DNA of 64,000 nucleotides, from assembly GCA_964035575.1 (NCBI GenBank), contig OZ037838.1, positions 1,612,001 through 1,676,000 of the forward strand, in the 5' to 3' direction. This stretch comes from Rhynchopus sp. YZ270_cl-10. Its lineage: Eukaryota. This document shows positions 36,090 to 47,704 of the stretch, piece by piece. The position numbers and the translations under genes are program-made. The notes under the pieces are model-generated. The model saw only the letters and a program-made list of their open reading frames with translations, was not told the DNA's origin and did no database searches. How positions within the stretch are numbered: position 1 is the stretch's first letter; each line of letters begins with the position of its first letter.

Positions 36090-39000
36090 GGTGCGTAGAG
36101 AAGTGTGTTGGCGCCGAGGTAGCTGGGGATACGGCTGCGGAAAACGCGATGAGTGCTGTGGTAGAGTTGTGTGGAGCTGTGACTTGTGGTGACGGCGACT
36201 ACTTCGCGTTGACTGCAACAGACATGCAGTCGTTGCACAAGCGGCACGCGGCGGCGAAATGGGACGCTTCCATTGTGGAGAATTTGCGCAGGAACTGTGA
36301 TGGGGACGTAGCGACGGAAGACCGTGGTCCGCTCGCACAGTACGCGATGGAGACGTACACGGCGCAACAGGCCCGGAATGTGCTGCACGACATCGCAGAC
36401 GCATCGGACCAGGAGGAGCAGGAGCGGATCAAGGCGTCGTTAAACAGTACAGTGGACAAGTTACCTGCTGTGAACGAGGTGTTGAGCTGCATAAAAGCGT
36501 CGGAGGTCGCATATTCCGCATTCACCTCTGCTTACAAGCGTATGAGCAAAGGAGCGAGGTTTGACTGGAACATTGTCAAGATTCCTGACGCACTGCCCAA
36601 GGTTGTGCGCACACGCCTCAAGCTGTTCCTCACGCCTCTGGAGGACGCCGTCGCGGACAAGTTTTCCCAAGATGGCTGCAGGCTACTCTCTGATTGCAAG
36701 AACCTGACTGTTCCTTCGTCAGGAGTCAGCATGCGGTCAGGCCGTCAGGGCGTTCCTCCTTCACCTGTCACGGTGGAGCAGTATTTAGTGCAGTCTGGGT
36801 GGGGCCACGATGACCTGAAGCGCTTCGCTGCGATGACCGAGAAGTGGCAACATGACAATAAGGTCATGAAGACGTACGCGAGAGCGGTGGGCGGGTACAT
36901 TGCGGTGCAGCATCTTCTCGGTCTTCTGGGAACACAGGACCAGCGTGATCGCCGATACGTCAAGAACTTGTCTTGGAAGAAGGCAATAACTGAGCAGTGG
37001 GAGTTGGGGAGAAGCAGTGGCGAACAAGTGGTGAGGAAGAGTGGGTTCCTGAGCATGGCAGTGTTGCAGACCCTTGTGTACGACTGCACTGGCAAAAGGT
37101 GGGAGCTCAGCCGCACACAGGAGGCTTTGGTGAGGGATAAGTACATCCTCATCTGTTCGTACGCAAATCCGACCAGCATGGCGGGAGACCCGAAGAGGAG
37201 AGAAGGGGACTACTTCGCAGGCGTTCGCGAAGAGGACCGGTCAACAAGGGATGGGTGTCTGCGATACCGTCTGCACTCCTCGCAACACGGCACCGTCGGG
37301 TATCGCGACGTCGAGGGGAGGTTCCCCCATTCGGTGATGTACGTTGCGAGGGAGAAAAAGACGCCAGAAGAACCTGTGCGGCAACAGCCGGTCAAGAATT
37401 TGAAGAAACCCGGATTTATTCAGCAGTTCAACACCTCGCAGGCTAAGCAGCAGCAGAAGGACAAGGTCGAGAACAGGAAGCGCGAAGAAGAGGTGGCCGA
37501 AACGGCACGCAAGTACTCTTCGCAAGTTGCGCAGCTCCCGTACCGGTTTCTCTTCCCCTCAACTTTGCACGAAGAGTGCGGCGAAGGACGCAACAAGCAG
37601 TTGCTGGAAGAGCACCGACTGGCGGATCCTGTGACACAGGAAGGTGCGTGGGCGTGCCTCAACTGGGTGCGCCAGTCGGTGACCTCGTGCGGAGAGCCGA
37701 ACAGGAAGATGACGAGGTTTTCCTGGGAGCAAATGCTGCACTTTCAGCAAATTGCGACCTTGCGGAGCAAAGCGGTGTGGAACGAAGACCCGAAGGAACT
37801 GAGCCTGCACTGGAGAGGTCTGTTTGACGTGGCTTGCGTGAGGCACGCAGTGGCATCCTTGTTTCCTGACTGGATATGCTCCTCCATACCGCTTCATCGG
37901 GAGGAGGGGAACCAGCAGGCGACATTGTGCAAAGATGCGCACCTGCACGACACGGTCCGCGCCCTCATGTTTGAGAGAGACGGGCATTGGGTGGTGGTTT
38001 TGGTTGTGTCGTATTCCCCAGAGATCGACCTCGGGGACCCAAACACTGAGACGACCGGATTTGTGGTGAAGGACACGGACAGGGCTGAGAAGCGTTTCGG
38101 CCTGTTGGACGACGCCATCGACCACGCCACCAGAGGGCAACCATTTTCCTGGGAAGCTCCGCTGGTACTTGCCGTGAAGCGGGGAAACTTCAAGGGAAGG
38201 TTCCACACTGCTGCCACCCTGCAGGTGTACGCCATCCGGAAGGTGAACCGCAGAGTGACGGACGCTGTGCTGGCGGATGAGGCACGTGCTTGGGCAGCCC
38301 GTTGCTTGGAGACGTTGACGGAGACGCTGAATGCAGAGATTCAGCACGTGATGAATGCGGCACGTGAGGCTGTGAGTATCCGTGTTGATGAACTTCGGGA
38401 CTACCTGTGGCAGCGGAGGCGAACGCCGCACGTTGTGTCTTCCTTGTGTGACTTGGTGCGCAGGGGCATGGGTAGTGCTGTGCAGTGTGCGAAGCTGCGC
38501 GGTGGCAGCGACACAGTCCTGAGGAATTTGCTGGAGGACACAGTGGGTGCTACGAACGAACGCACGAACGACATGTCTGAGTCTGAAGATGACCGATCAG
38601 GAGCGGTGAGCTGCGAATTGTTCCCTGTGTCGGAGCCACCACCAGCAGCACCAGCAGCACCAGCAGCACCAGCAGCACCAGCAGCACCAGCAGCACCAGC
38701 AGCACCAGCAGCACCAGCAGCACCAGCAGCACCAGCAGCACCAGCAGCACCACCACCAGTACCAGCAGAAAGTCCGAGGAAGCGGAGGAGAGCTGGGACT
38801 GATGCATCCCAGAATGTTGCAAAGAAGCGTAAGTCTGCACCGAAGAAGCACGGTCAGCAGCAACAGAAGCAGCAGCCACCACAGAAGCCACAGCAACCAC
38901 AGCAGCCACAACAGCCACAGCAGAAGCCACAGCAACCACAGCAACCACAACAGCCACAGCAGAAGCCACAGCAACCACAGCAGCAGCAGAACCCACACCA

Positions 39001-40036
39001 GCCAGGCGTTGGGGAGGCGGAGGAGATGGAGCAATTGCAGGCTGCCCTTGATGCAACGCTCCACCAGCCTCCACCAGTGCCGAGGGGGTTCCATAACTTC
39101 GGCGTGACGTGTTTCATCAACTCTGTTTTACAGTGTTTAGTGTACACGGACTCGTTTGTGAAGTCCCTCTCGGATGCTGGCCCTTTTTCGAGGGCAATAC
39201 GCGAAGTGGTGGCTCAGTCAGTGACTGCGGATGCACAAGATGTGATCCGCCCTACGAGCATACGCGACGCATTAAATGCGAAGGAGCCTCGGTTCACGGC
39301 TACGCAGCAAGACTGCCACGAGTTTTTTCTTGTGCTGACGGACGCCCTCGAGGTGGAGGCAAGACGTGGGAAAGTTAAACATCCCACCAACGAAGTGCTG
39401 GATCATGAGACTTTGTCTGTGGCCTCGGCACGAGTAGTGAACTCTTACCTCGAGAGTTCTAATTGTCCAGCAATGGGTTTTCTTTATCTACAGTATGTCC
39501 AGACAGCCACTTGTTTTGGCTGTGACACTAAGTGCCTCACCGTCACCCCCTCACACAATATGATATTGCACTTCCCCACGCGGGACACCGGTTCATTGCC
39601 AGTGGCATTGGGTGCGTTACTTCAGCACCTCTCTAGGGTGGAAGAAATGCACGCAGAGCAGGAGTACAAGTGCCTGACCTGCCACCCGCAGACCTTCGCA
39701 GCCAGAATGGTGACACGTGTGATGCGGCTGCCAAATGTTTTGGCAATGCAATTGGCGAGGTTTCACGACCCGCTCAATAAGATCGAGACGATCGTTGAAC
39801 TTCCGCATGAGTTGGACATGGCACCATACGTGCACTCTGACTCTCTAGAGGTGCAACTTCGGTATGACCTGTATGGTGTTGTCTGTCACCACGGACACAG
39901 GATGGGGCACGGCCACTACAGTGCATACGTGAAGTCAGAGGGTACGTGGTATCATTGCAATGATTCAAGTGTGACAAAGAACCCGAGGCTTCTCTTTTCA
40001 GAGGCATACCTTCTTTTTTATCATCGTCGGGGGTGA
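36090..40036 (+). CDS. Large cargo protein with a C-terminal USP (peptidase C19) deubiquitinase domain; 5' end disrupted
   Basis: Cys box GFHNFGVTCFINSVLQCL, QQDCHEF, His box YDLYGVVCHHGHRMGHGHYSAYVK, WYHCNDSSV, AYLLFY; PAA and Q-rich linker; 1295-aa ORF from 36149. Confidence 0.9.
38636..38990 (+). repeat. Coding low-complexity repeats: (CCAGCAGCA)n Pro-Ala-Ala and a Gln/Pro tract
   Basis: Directly visible. Confidence 0.9.
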
Positions 40037-41031
40037 TTCTTTTTGGTGCATCGAGACGTTACGTGTTCTTTATAAGATTGTCTGATGGAGGCAGTATCGG
40101 CGACAGTGGGGGAAATAGAGGGGGGTATGAGTTCAGAGAGACTGGGGTTATTGTCTCAGGACCGAGTCAGGTAGTTGAACTTCATCCTTTTTTAAATAGT
40201 GTGGATCTTTGCAGTCGTCGGTTATGTCTGAAAATTCTTAAGTCCACTTTGTGAGGGCCTTTCATTAACATTAAAGGCCACTTTTGTTTTTTTTTTTCAC
40301 GAATTGTTTCTCTCTCGCCTTGTCTTCATTTCAAGTTATGCCACACCCCTCTCAGCAGCCTGCTGATCAGAGTAAATGTTAAAGTATCAGCCTTTCTAGG
40401 TGTTCTTGAGTGAACAATGCAAGCATCCTCTCCAAAGCTTTTCTGTTGCGATTCTTTCTATTTGTTCCGATTTAGCCTTTTCACAAGTTGTGTAATAGTT
40501 GCAAGCACTCTGTTTTGTCAGTTTCTCTTCCTTCTTCGACCAACAAAGATACCACACCACCCCAGACCCTTTCCAATTTTTCATTTCCTCTATTCTTCCC
40601 ATCCAAGCCCTCCCCACACAATTCTGTTCCAGATGTAAATCTTGCCATAATTAAACCATTTCTGTAATCTGTGATCGTGCCGCAGGCGCAAGCGGCACTT
40701 GAAACATTTGAAACAACATTGTATTGTGCTAATTGGTCGCCACCTGAAGTATCCGTAATTGAACTAGTTATCAAATCTGTGGTCAGTCTCATGGACGAAT
40801 CATTGAATGCTGCATGCGCTGCCGACAATTGAAACGTTTGAAACAATATTGTATTGTACCAATTCACGCGAGAGCCCCCAACCCCAAAATTCTGGGAGGA
40901 AAAAAAGGGGGAAACAAAAAAAAAATAAAAATAAAAATAAAAAAAATGCCGGAAAACGCCTAAGTACAAAATAATACTTTGGACAGCTTTTTGTGAAGGA
41001 ATTACCCTAGCTATCCACCCCCTAATTTGTT

Positions 41032-41790
41032 GCATGGCGAGATTGTGTGCCGAGGTCTGCCAGATGTGACGGAGTCACAGCTCAGGGACAGGCCTTGGCA
41101 TCATGCCAGGGTATATGCGTTGAGAGAGCTCGTCAAGCATAGTGGCTTGTTCTTGAGGTGTGCCCGACAGTTTTGCGGCTTGACTCCAAGCTCGATAAGC
41201 ACTGTGCGGACGCGAAGGCCGAGTTGACCAGACTCGAGTCGCTACGAGGTGCTCTCATTTTCGAGCACGTCAAGGCTAGGGATTTGTGTGCTGAAGATTC
41301 GCAGTTCTTACTGGAAATGAGGACGCTGCATGAACTTCATCGCGAGATGAGTCACGCGGACTTCATGCCACACGTGAATCCGGATTTGTGCAATGAGGGT
41401 TACAAGACGTGTGACCACATTCGTGAACGTGTGCGCGACGTTGCTGTTGCTGATCTCTTCCCGCAGGATGAGGCTGTTCAGCGTCAGACAGATGTGATCA
41501 CGCGCAAGCAGGAGGAGTTCTATTCCTCAAGAGGCGTACAGGAAGAAGTTCGTCAGTCGGGACTATTACCTGTCTGTGAAGAAATCGAGGCAGTGGCAGT
41601 GGCGTTCGACAAAAGGGTGCTATTGGTCCACGAGGACACCAATACTTGTGTTGTGATGAATCCGGAAGCGACCCATGTTCGCGTCATCCTGCAACAAGGG
41701 GATACAGCAGCACCTGAGAAGTGCCATTTCTCCCTGCTGAAACAAAACTCGCGCACGCCACCAAATTTCCAGTGTCCGCAGTGTCGCACC
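41032..41790 (+). pseudogene. OTU-like cargo gene, 3' part
   Basis: Continues in frame across the TSD (HLLHGEIVC...); frameshift near 41160; EIEAVAVAFDKRVLLVH...VRVILQ...CHFSLL resembles the OTU C-terminal His motif. Confidence 0.65.
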
Positions 41791-42120
41791 ACTTATTTTT
41801 TTCGCATTTTGAGGGGGGGGAAATGCAAAATGAAAACAAAATTTTGGTAGATTCACAGAATTCAGATTTTTGCTAAGGTGCTGGCAGCTGGCCCCAAAAA
41901 AAAAAAAAAAATATTTCCCCCCCACATTTTTTGGTCCAGGGTCACAAAAAAAAATCTCCGATTCCTGAAACCCCAAATCCTGGCGGAAACCCTGCCGGGG
42001 GGGGAAAAACAAAAAAAAAAAATTTTGTTTTTTTTGACAAAAACGGCCAAAAACGACAAAATAGTTTTTACGACAAAAATTCCTTCACAAATTGTACAGG
42101 ATGAGACCCCCTACCCAAGG

Positions 42121-42667
42121 TGAAGACGGCGTTTCTGTGTATGACGAAGACCTGACGTTGCTCCGCACTCTCTCGCATGAAGGGTGTGTGCGTTTGGCAG
42201 TATCTGACTGTGGTGGGTGGGTGATCACCTCCTCCACAACAGAGCAGAACGCACGTCTGTGGGATGTGAACACAGGTGAAGCTGTGGTGTGTGTGCCTGC
42301 AAAGGGGTGCGATGGGGTGGCGCTTTCACGGTCTGCTTCAGTCTTTGCTTTGGGATACGCTCACGTAGTGGAGATCTATGACTGGAGTGGTAAGGCTCTT
42401 GGCAGCTTTAAAAAAGCTGGGTCTTCTGTTATCTCTTCCATACAGTTCACTCCGTGTGGGAAGTATCTCGTAGTTAGGTGTACGAAGGCTTTTCATGACG
42501 GATATTCCCTGCACCAGTATGATGTGGAGACCATGTCCTGTGTGCGTGTGTTCTCCAAACCCGACTTCTCTCCCGCATCATTTGCAATATCGCCGTGTTC
42601 ACGTGTGGTAGTGTTTACGAACGCGGGACGAGACACTATTGTGACGAAACATCTGTACCCCTACTGA
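42121..42667 (+). pseudogene. Family copy 8, 3' half
   Basis: Resumes exactly after the TSD; very similar to copy 12. Confidence 0.92.
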
Positions 42668-43209
42668 GTGATGTTTTGCGAGAGGTTGTGGCATACTTCA
42701 ACTCTCCCCCTTTTTATGCTTCCCGTTTTTCTGTATGGGTGAAGATAGCTATTGAGACCATAGTGTTTTCGACCAGATTTTATTCTCTGCCCCGTATCCA
42801 AAACGTAAACGCCACTTTCAATCGGAACCTCATGAGCACAACAGCGTGCAGCTCTATGATTGTAGCAGTGCGGCTCTTTGCAGCTTTGATGAAGCATGGG
42901 CATGTCAGGGCGTGCAGTCCACCCTGTGTGGGAAGTACCTCCTCGCTGTCGCTGAGTACTGCGGTGTGTTGCTATCGTGCGTTGCATCAGTATTTGCGTT
43001 GCACCCTCGACCTACTAGCCTGTGAGGGAATTCATTTTGAGGATAACGACCACACCACCCTTTACCTCTCTTTTTCACTTTTGCCTGTACAAACCGCATT
43101 CCTATTGGTGGAAAGTATAAACACAACGAAGCCATCACAAACACACAAAACAAAACAACCCACACCTCATCTCCTCCCAACAGAGGTGGAACAAGAAGAA
43201 GACAAAACA

Positions 43210-44313
43210 ATGGATGTGACCTTTGTGCTGGAAGAGTCAGGTGTGACTGCGACAGTGGAGGTGCCGTGCGAGGCGGACGTTGCAGCGGCAAAGGAGGTTG
43301 CGTGCACGGCGCTTGCTGTCTCGCCTGCGTCTGTCGAGATGCGCATCGGCACGCAGGTGCTGGAAGGGACGTGCCGTCTGCAGGACACTGCGTTTGGTGC
43401 AGGGGTGCAGGTTGTGCTTGCCCGCCGCTTTGCCGACATCAAGTGTCCTGCTCAGTACACTGTACCACCGGATACGGAACCCTTGTCGCTGTCTTCCTGT
43501 GGAGCACTTTGTGTTTATTCCCATAATGGCGTGTCCACACGTGTTGGTGGCTTCGACACAGAAACATTCGAGACTGCTTTTGAGTTTGAAATCGATTTAT
43601 CTGGTCAAGGTCCACCTGTCATCTCACAGTGCAAGGCACGCTGCTACATGGCGTGCAAGGAAGGTCTGCACGAGGTTGCGCTTCCGGGTGGGGAGGTGCT
43701 CCGCAAAGTCGACGGCCCCTCCTCCTCACTGTTCGCGTGTGGCACTGTTGTTGCCTCGAAGGGCATCCACCACGTCTCTGTGTATGACGAAGACCTGACG
43801 TTGCTCCGCTCTCTCTCGCACGAAGGGTGTGTGCACTTTGCACTGTCTGACTGTGGTGGGTGGGTGATCACCTCCTCCAGGAAGGAGGAGAACGTACGTC
43901 TGTGGGATGTGAGCACAGGTGAAGCTGTTGCATGTGTACCTGCGGAGGGGTGGTGCGAAGGAGTGGCGCTTTCACGGTATGCCTCTGTCTTTGCTTTGGG
44001 ATGCGCTCACGTAGTGGAGATCTATGACTGGAGTGGTGCGGCTCTTGGCAGCATTGAAAGAGATGGGCCTTCTATTATGTCTTCCATGAAGTTCACTCCG
44101 TGTGGGAAGTATCTCGTAGTTAGGTGTGCGCAGGGATATTATCACGGATATTCAGTGCAACAGTATGACGTGGCGACCATGTCCTGTGTGCGTGTGTTCT
44201 CCCATCCCGACGTCTCTCCCGCATCATTTGCGTTATCGCCGTGTTCACGTGTGGTAGTGTTTACGAACGCGGGACGAGACACCATTGTGACGAGGCATCT
44301 GTACCCCTACTGA
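43210..44313 (+). CDS. UBL-beta-propeller family copy 9
   Basis: Intact ORF; start placed at the family ATG. Confidence 0.85.
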   Translation: MDVTFVLEESGVTATVEVPCEADVAAAKEVACTALAVSPASVEMRIGTQVLEGTCRLQDTAFGAGVQVVLARRFADIKCPAQYTVPPDTEPLSLSSCGALCVYSHNGVSTRVGGFDTETFETAFEFEIDLSGQGPPVISQCKARCYMACKEGLHEVALPGGEVLRKVDGPSSSLFACGTVVASKGIHHVSVYDEDLTLLRSLSHEGCVHFALSDCGGWVITSSRKEENVRLWDVSTGEAVACVPAEGWCEGVALSRYASVFALGCAHVVEIYDWSGAALGSIERDGPSIMSSMKFTPCGKYLVVRCAQGYYHGYSVQQYDVATMSCVRVFSHPDVSPASFALSPCSRVVVFTNAGRDTIVTRHLYPY

Positions 44314-45234
44314 GTGATGTTTTGCGAGAGGTTTTGTTTGTGCAGCTTCTCGCAGGCAGTCCAGCTGCGATACTTCAGGTGTACGTCAAGCATCTTTTGT
44401 TTTTTCTTCATTAAAACGTTGCATCGTGAGCAGTGAACCACTGGTATGCTACATCGTGTGCAGGTGACAGCATCTCATATGGTTATTATTCTCTTGCTCT
44501 GACTCATGTCTATGTCACCAGTCTCTTCAGGTGTAAGCGTACAACTAACAAACTCTCCCCCTTTTTTGCTTCCCGTTTTCCTGTGGGTGAAGATAGCTGT
44601 ACTGTGTGTTGCTATCGTGCGTTGCACCCTCGACCTACTAGCCTGTGTGAGGGATTCATTTTCATATATTGTGAGGATAACGACCACACCACCCTTTACC
44701 TCTTTTTTTTCACTTTTGCCTTTGTCAAACGAACTCCCATTGGTGGAAAGTCTAGTCACAACGAAACCATCACAAATAAGTAAGAGAAAACCGAATGGAG
44801 TGGGAACGCTAGTGAGAGCGCAGCGGAAACGATAGTGGGAACGCAACGAGCTTTTTTCATAATGTTTTATTCTTCCCCACAAAATATCACGCGCAGAGAA
44901 ACACTCGTTTTTCACACAGCGCGTCCGTTTGTTTGTTTTTCTCAAACGACACCTTTTTTCAAAAAATTTTCCCCGGTATCACAGATGATACTAATTTCCA
45001 TGGATACACATGAAAAGGAGTTCCGTGCTATTCACAGAACTCGATAGGCGATTGAGCTTATCTAACAACAACCAAAACAAAAGAAAGTACAAAGAAGAGA
45101 ATAAAAAATGCAGGAAAAATAGACAAAGAGAAAAACAAGGAGATTTTGACAAAGTGAACAATAAAACACACAAAACAAAACAACCCACACCTCATCTCCT
45201 CCCAACAGAGGTGGAACAAGAAGAAGACAAAACA

Positions 45235-46317
45235 ATGGATGTGACCTTTGTGCTGGAAGAGTCAGGCGTGACTGCGACAGTGGAGGTGCCGTGCGAGGCG
45301 AAGGTTGCAGCGGCAAAGGAGGTTGCGTGCACGGCGCTTTCTGTCTCGCCTGCGTCTGTCGAGATGCGCATCGGCACGCAGGTGCTGGAGGGGACGTGCC
45401 GTCTGCAGGACACTGCGTTTGGTGCAGGGGTGCAAGTTGTGCTTGCCCGCCGCACTGCCAACATCAAGTGTCCTGCTGAGTACACTGCAACGCATACAGG
45501 AAGCATAACACTGTCGCGTTGTGGAACGCTCTGCATCTATGGTAACGGGAGTGGGGATGTCGTTGGTGTCGACACAGAAACCTTCGACACTGTCTTCTCG
45601 TTCGAAGTAGACTCATCAGAAATGTGGGGTCCGCCTGCCATCTCGCCCTGCAAGACACGTTGCTACGTTGCGTGTGGAGATTGGCTTCTCGGGGTTGCGC
45701 TTCCGGGTGGGGAGGTGCTCCGCGAAGTAGACGGCGACTCGTACGCAGTGTTCGCGTGTGGCAGTGTTGTTGTGTCGAAGGGCAAAGACGGCGTCTCTGT
45801 GTATGACGAAGACCTGACGTTGCTCCGCACTCTCTCGCACGAGGCGTGTGTGGGCTTGGCAGTGTCTGACTGTGGTGGGTGGGTGATCACCTCCTCCGAG
45901 AACGTACGTCTGTGGGATGTGAACACAGGTGAAGTTGTGGCATGTGTGCCTACGCATGCGAGACACGTGGCGATTTCAAGGTCTGCCTCTGTCTTTGCTT
46001 TGGAGGTGGGGGACAACACCGTGCACCTCTATGACTGGAGTGGTGCGGCTCTTCGCAGTGTTGATATGGGTGCGGGTGTCAGGGGCATGCAGTTCACACC
46101 GTGCGGGAAGTACGTTGTGGTGCAGGTGGTTAAGAGTACGGATGCACAGTTACGTGCCTGGTACCTGCACCAGTATGAGCTGTCGAGCATGTCCTGCGTA
46201 CATGAGATTACGAACATCAAAGGTGCATGTGCGATATCGCCGTGTTCACGCGTTCTTCTTGTGGCGAAGCATCGAGTTATCGTTACAAGGCATCTGTACG
46301 CACAGAACAGTGAGTGA
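45235..46317 (+). CDS. UBL-beta-propeller family copy 10
   Basis: Intact ORF. Confidence 0.85.
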   Translation: MDVTFVLEESGVTATVEVPCEAKVAAAKEVACTALSVSPASVEMRIGTQVLEGTCRLQDTAFGAGVQVVLARRTANIKCPAEYTATHTGSITLSRCGTLCIYGNGSGDVVGVDTETFDTVFSFEVDSSEMWGPPAISPCKTRCYVACGDWLLGVALPGGEVLREVDGDSYAVFACGSVVVSKGKDGVSVYDEDLTLLRTLSHEACVGLAVSDCGGWVITSSENVRLWDVNTGEVVACVPTHARHVAISRSASVFALEVGDNTVHLYDWSGAALRSVDMGAGVRGMQFTPCGKYVVVQVVKSTDAQLRAWYLHQYELSSMSCVHEITNIKGACAISPCSRVLLVAKHRVIVTRHLYAQNSE

Positions 46318-47704
46318 TGAATATAACCCAGGGTATCAACAAAACAGCCCAAGACCCTCAAAACACCCCCAAAAATGGAAAAAAATATATTCACAACAAG
46401 GTGTGAAGACTCGGGTCGACTACGGGAGTTGGGCAGTGTGCAGGAGCGATCCGACACGCAACTCTTGATGTGCCTCATCGGTAGTAGTGCGACTGTGTTC
46501 GACTACGCGATGTCATGATGGCAGTGGGCTTCGTGCTTGACACTCCATTCTCGCCTATGTGTACCAACCCCCTGAAAAGCCTAAGTGTAGTGCGTCGCGT
46601 GTACGACTACGTTAGGTAAGTAGGCAGGTCGATCCTGACTCTGGTGGCATACTTTAGCTGTATGTCAAGCATTTTTTGTTAACCAAAAGAAAACCGACGC
46701 AGGAGCTTTCTTGGAACTGTTTTATTCTCCTCACCCCAACACCAACATCACATTCAGAAAAACACTGTTTTTTCGTTTTTATTCGCTTTCTTTTCTTCTT
46801 CCTCACACTTTGTTACTGTGAAGAAACATTTTTTCGTTTGCGCAGGAAAAATGACTGGGGATTGTTGGTGGCTCCGTGACGCTACAGAGCCGGCACACTC
46901 GTTGAGTGCCTCACAAAACCTAAAATTACTTCTTTGCTTTTATCTATTGTCTTCACGCTTTATCGTTGTTGGGTTGGGAAAAAAAATTCTTCTTCTCTTT
47001 GTTGCATGGGTCTGTTTTTTCACTAAAAAAGTTGCAACGGGAGCAGTGCGGTTCGGGTTGACTCATCTTATCATCCAATTTTCTACGTGTGTAACCCCTG
47101 TGTGTTTTCTTTTAATTCGTGTGTTATGTCGCCAAATGTTTAAGCAGGTGCAGTGCGACTCGGGTCGACTGCGGGAGGTTGTTGGCAGTGGTAGCGTGTG
47201 CAGGTACAACCCGACACGCAACCTCTGATGTGCTTCAACATGCAGCTACCACCTTCTCCTTTTCTTGTCCTCCGTGGGGATGTTTCTCTCCCCCGGAGTA
47301 ACTTTGAGCTATTATTGACTTAGCGTTATAGTGTCTTTATTGTTGTCCCATTTCCTGGTCGCGATAGCTCGCGAACTTTCCTGCAGTCAACGCAGGGGGT
47401 CAACGACGTGATACAGGATATGGGTGGTTCAGTGATTCCACAGAACCGACACCATTGATGTGTCTCAACCAAAACCAAAATCATTTTAACAAAGAGAGAG
47501 TTTTTGAAGTAAGGAAAGAAAATGCCCATGCGGTCTCGTGTGGGTGACAGATCTCGATGCTGATTATCATTTTTCATTTGTCACCTCTCACAACGAGAAC
47601 CACCACAAACATGCAACACAGAACAACACCTCTCCCCACCTCACTCCCTCTGTTTGTGAAGGAAACGTGCTGATTTGCACCTTCTCACGAAGCAACGCAA
47701 AACA

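Larger units (their letters stand above)
24392..41024. mobile_element. Element B, nested in the OTU-like gene
   Basis: Left end TAGGGGATGGCTAGCTA vs right end (reverse complement) TAGGGGGTGGATAGCTA, 15/17 match; 7-bp TSD ATTTGTT (24385-24391, 41025-41031). Confidence 0.9.
17327..42113. mobile_element. Element A: 24.8-kb composite/nested DNA transposon
   Basis: TIR TAGGGGGTCTC...GAGACCCCCTA; 7-bp TSD CCCAAGG (17320-17326, 42114-42120); removing it restores the reading frame of copy 8. Confidence 0.92.

Noticed and set aside
9241..45234. Long N-terminal extensions in the ORF track (9241, 13157, 42595, 45010)
   Set aside because: They differ between copies and run through spacer DNA; the shared ATG GAT GTG is the better start
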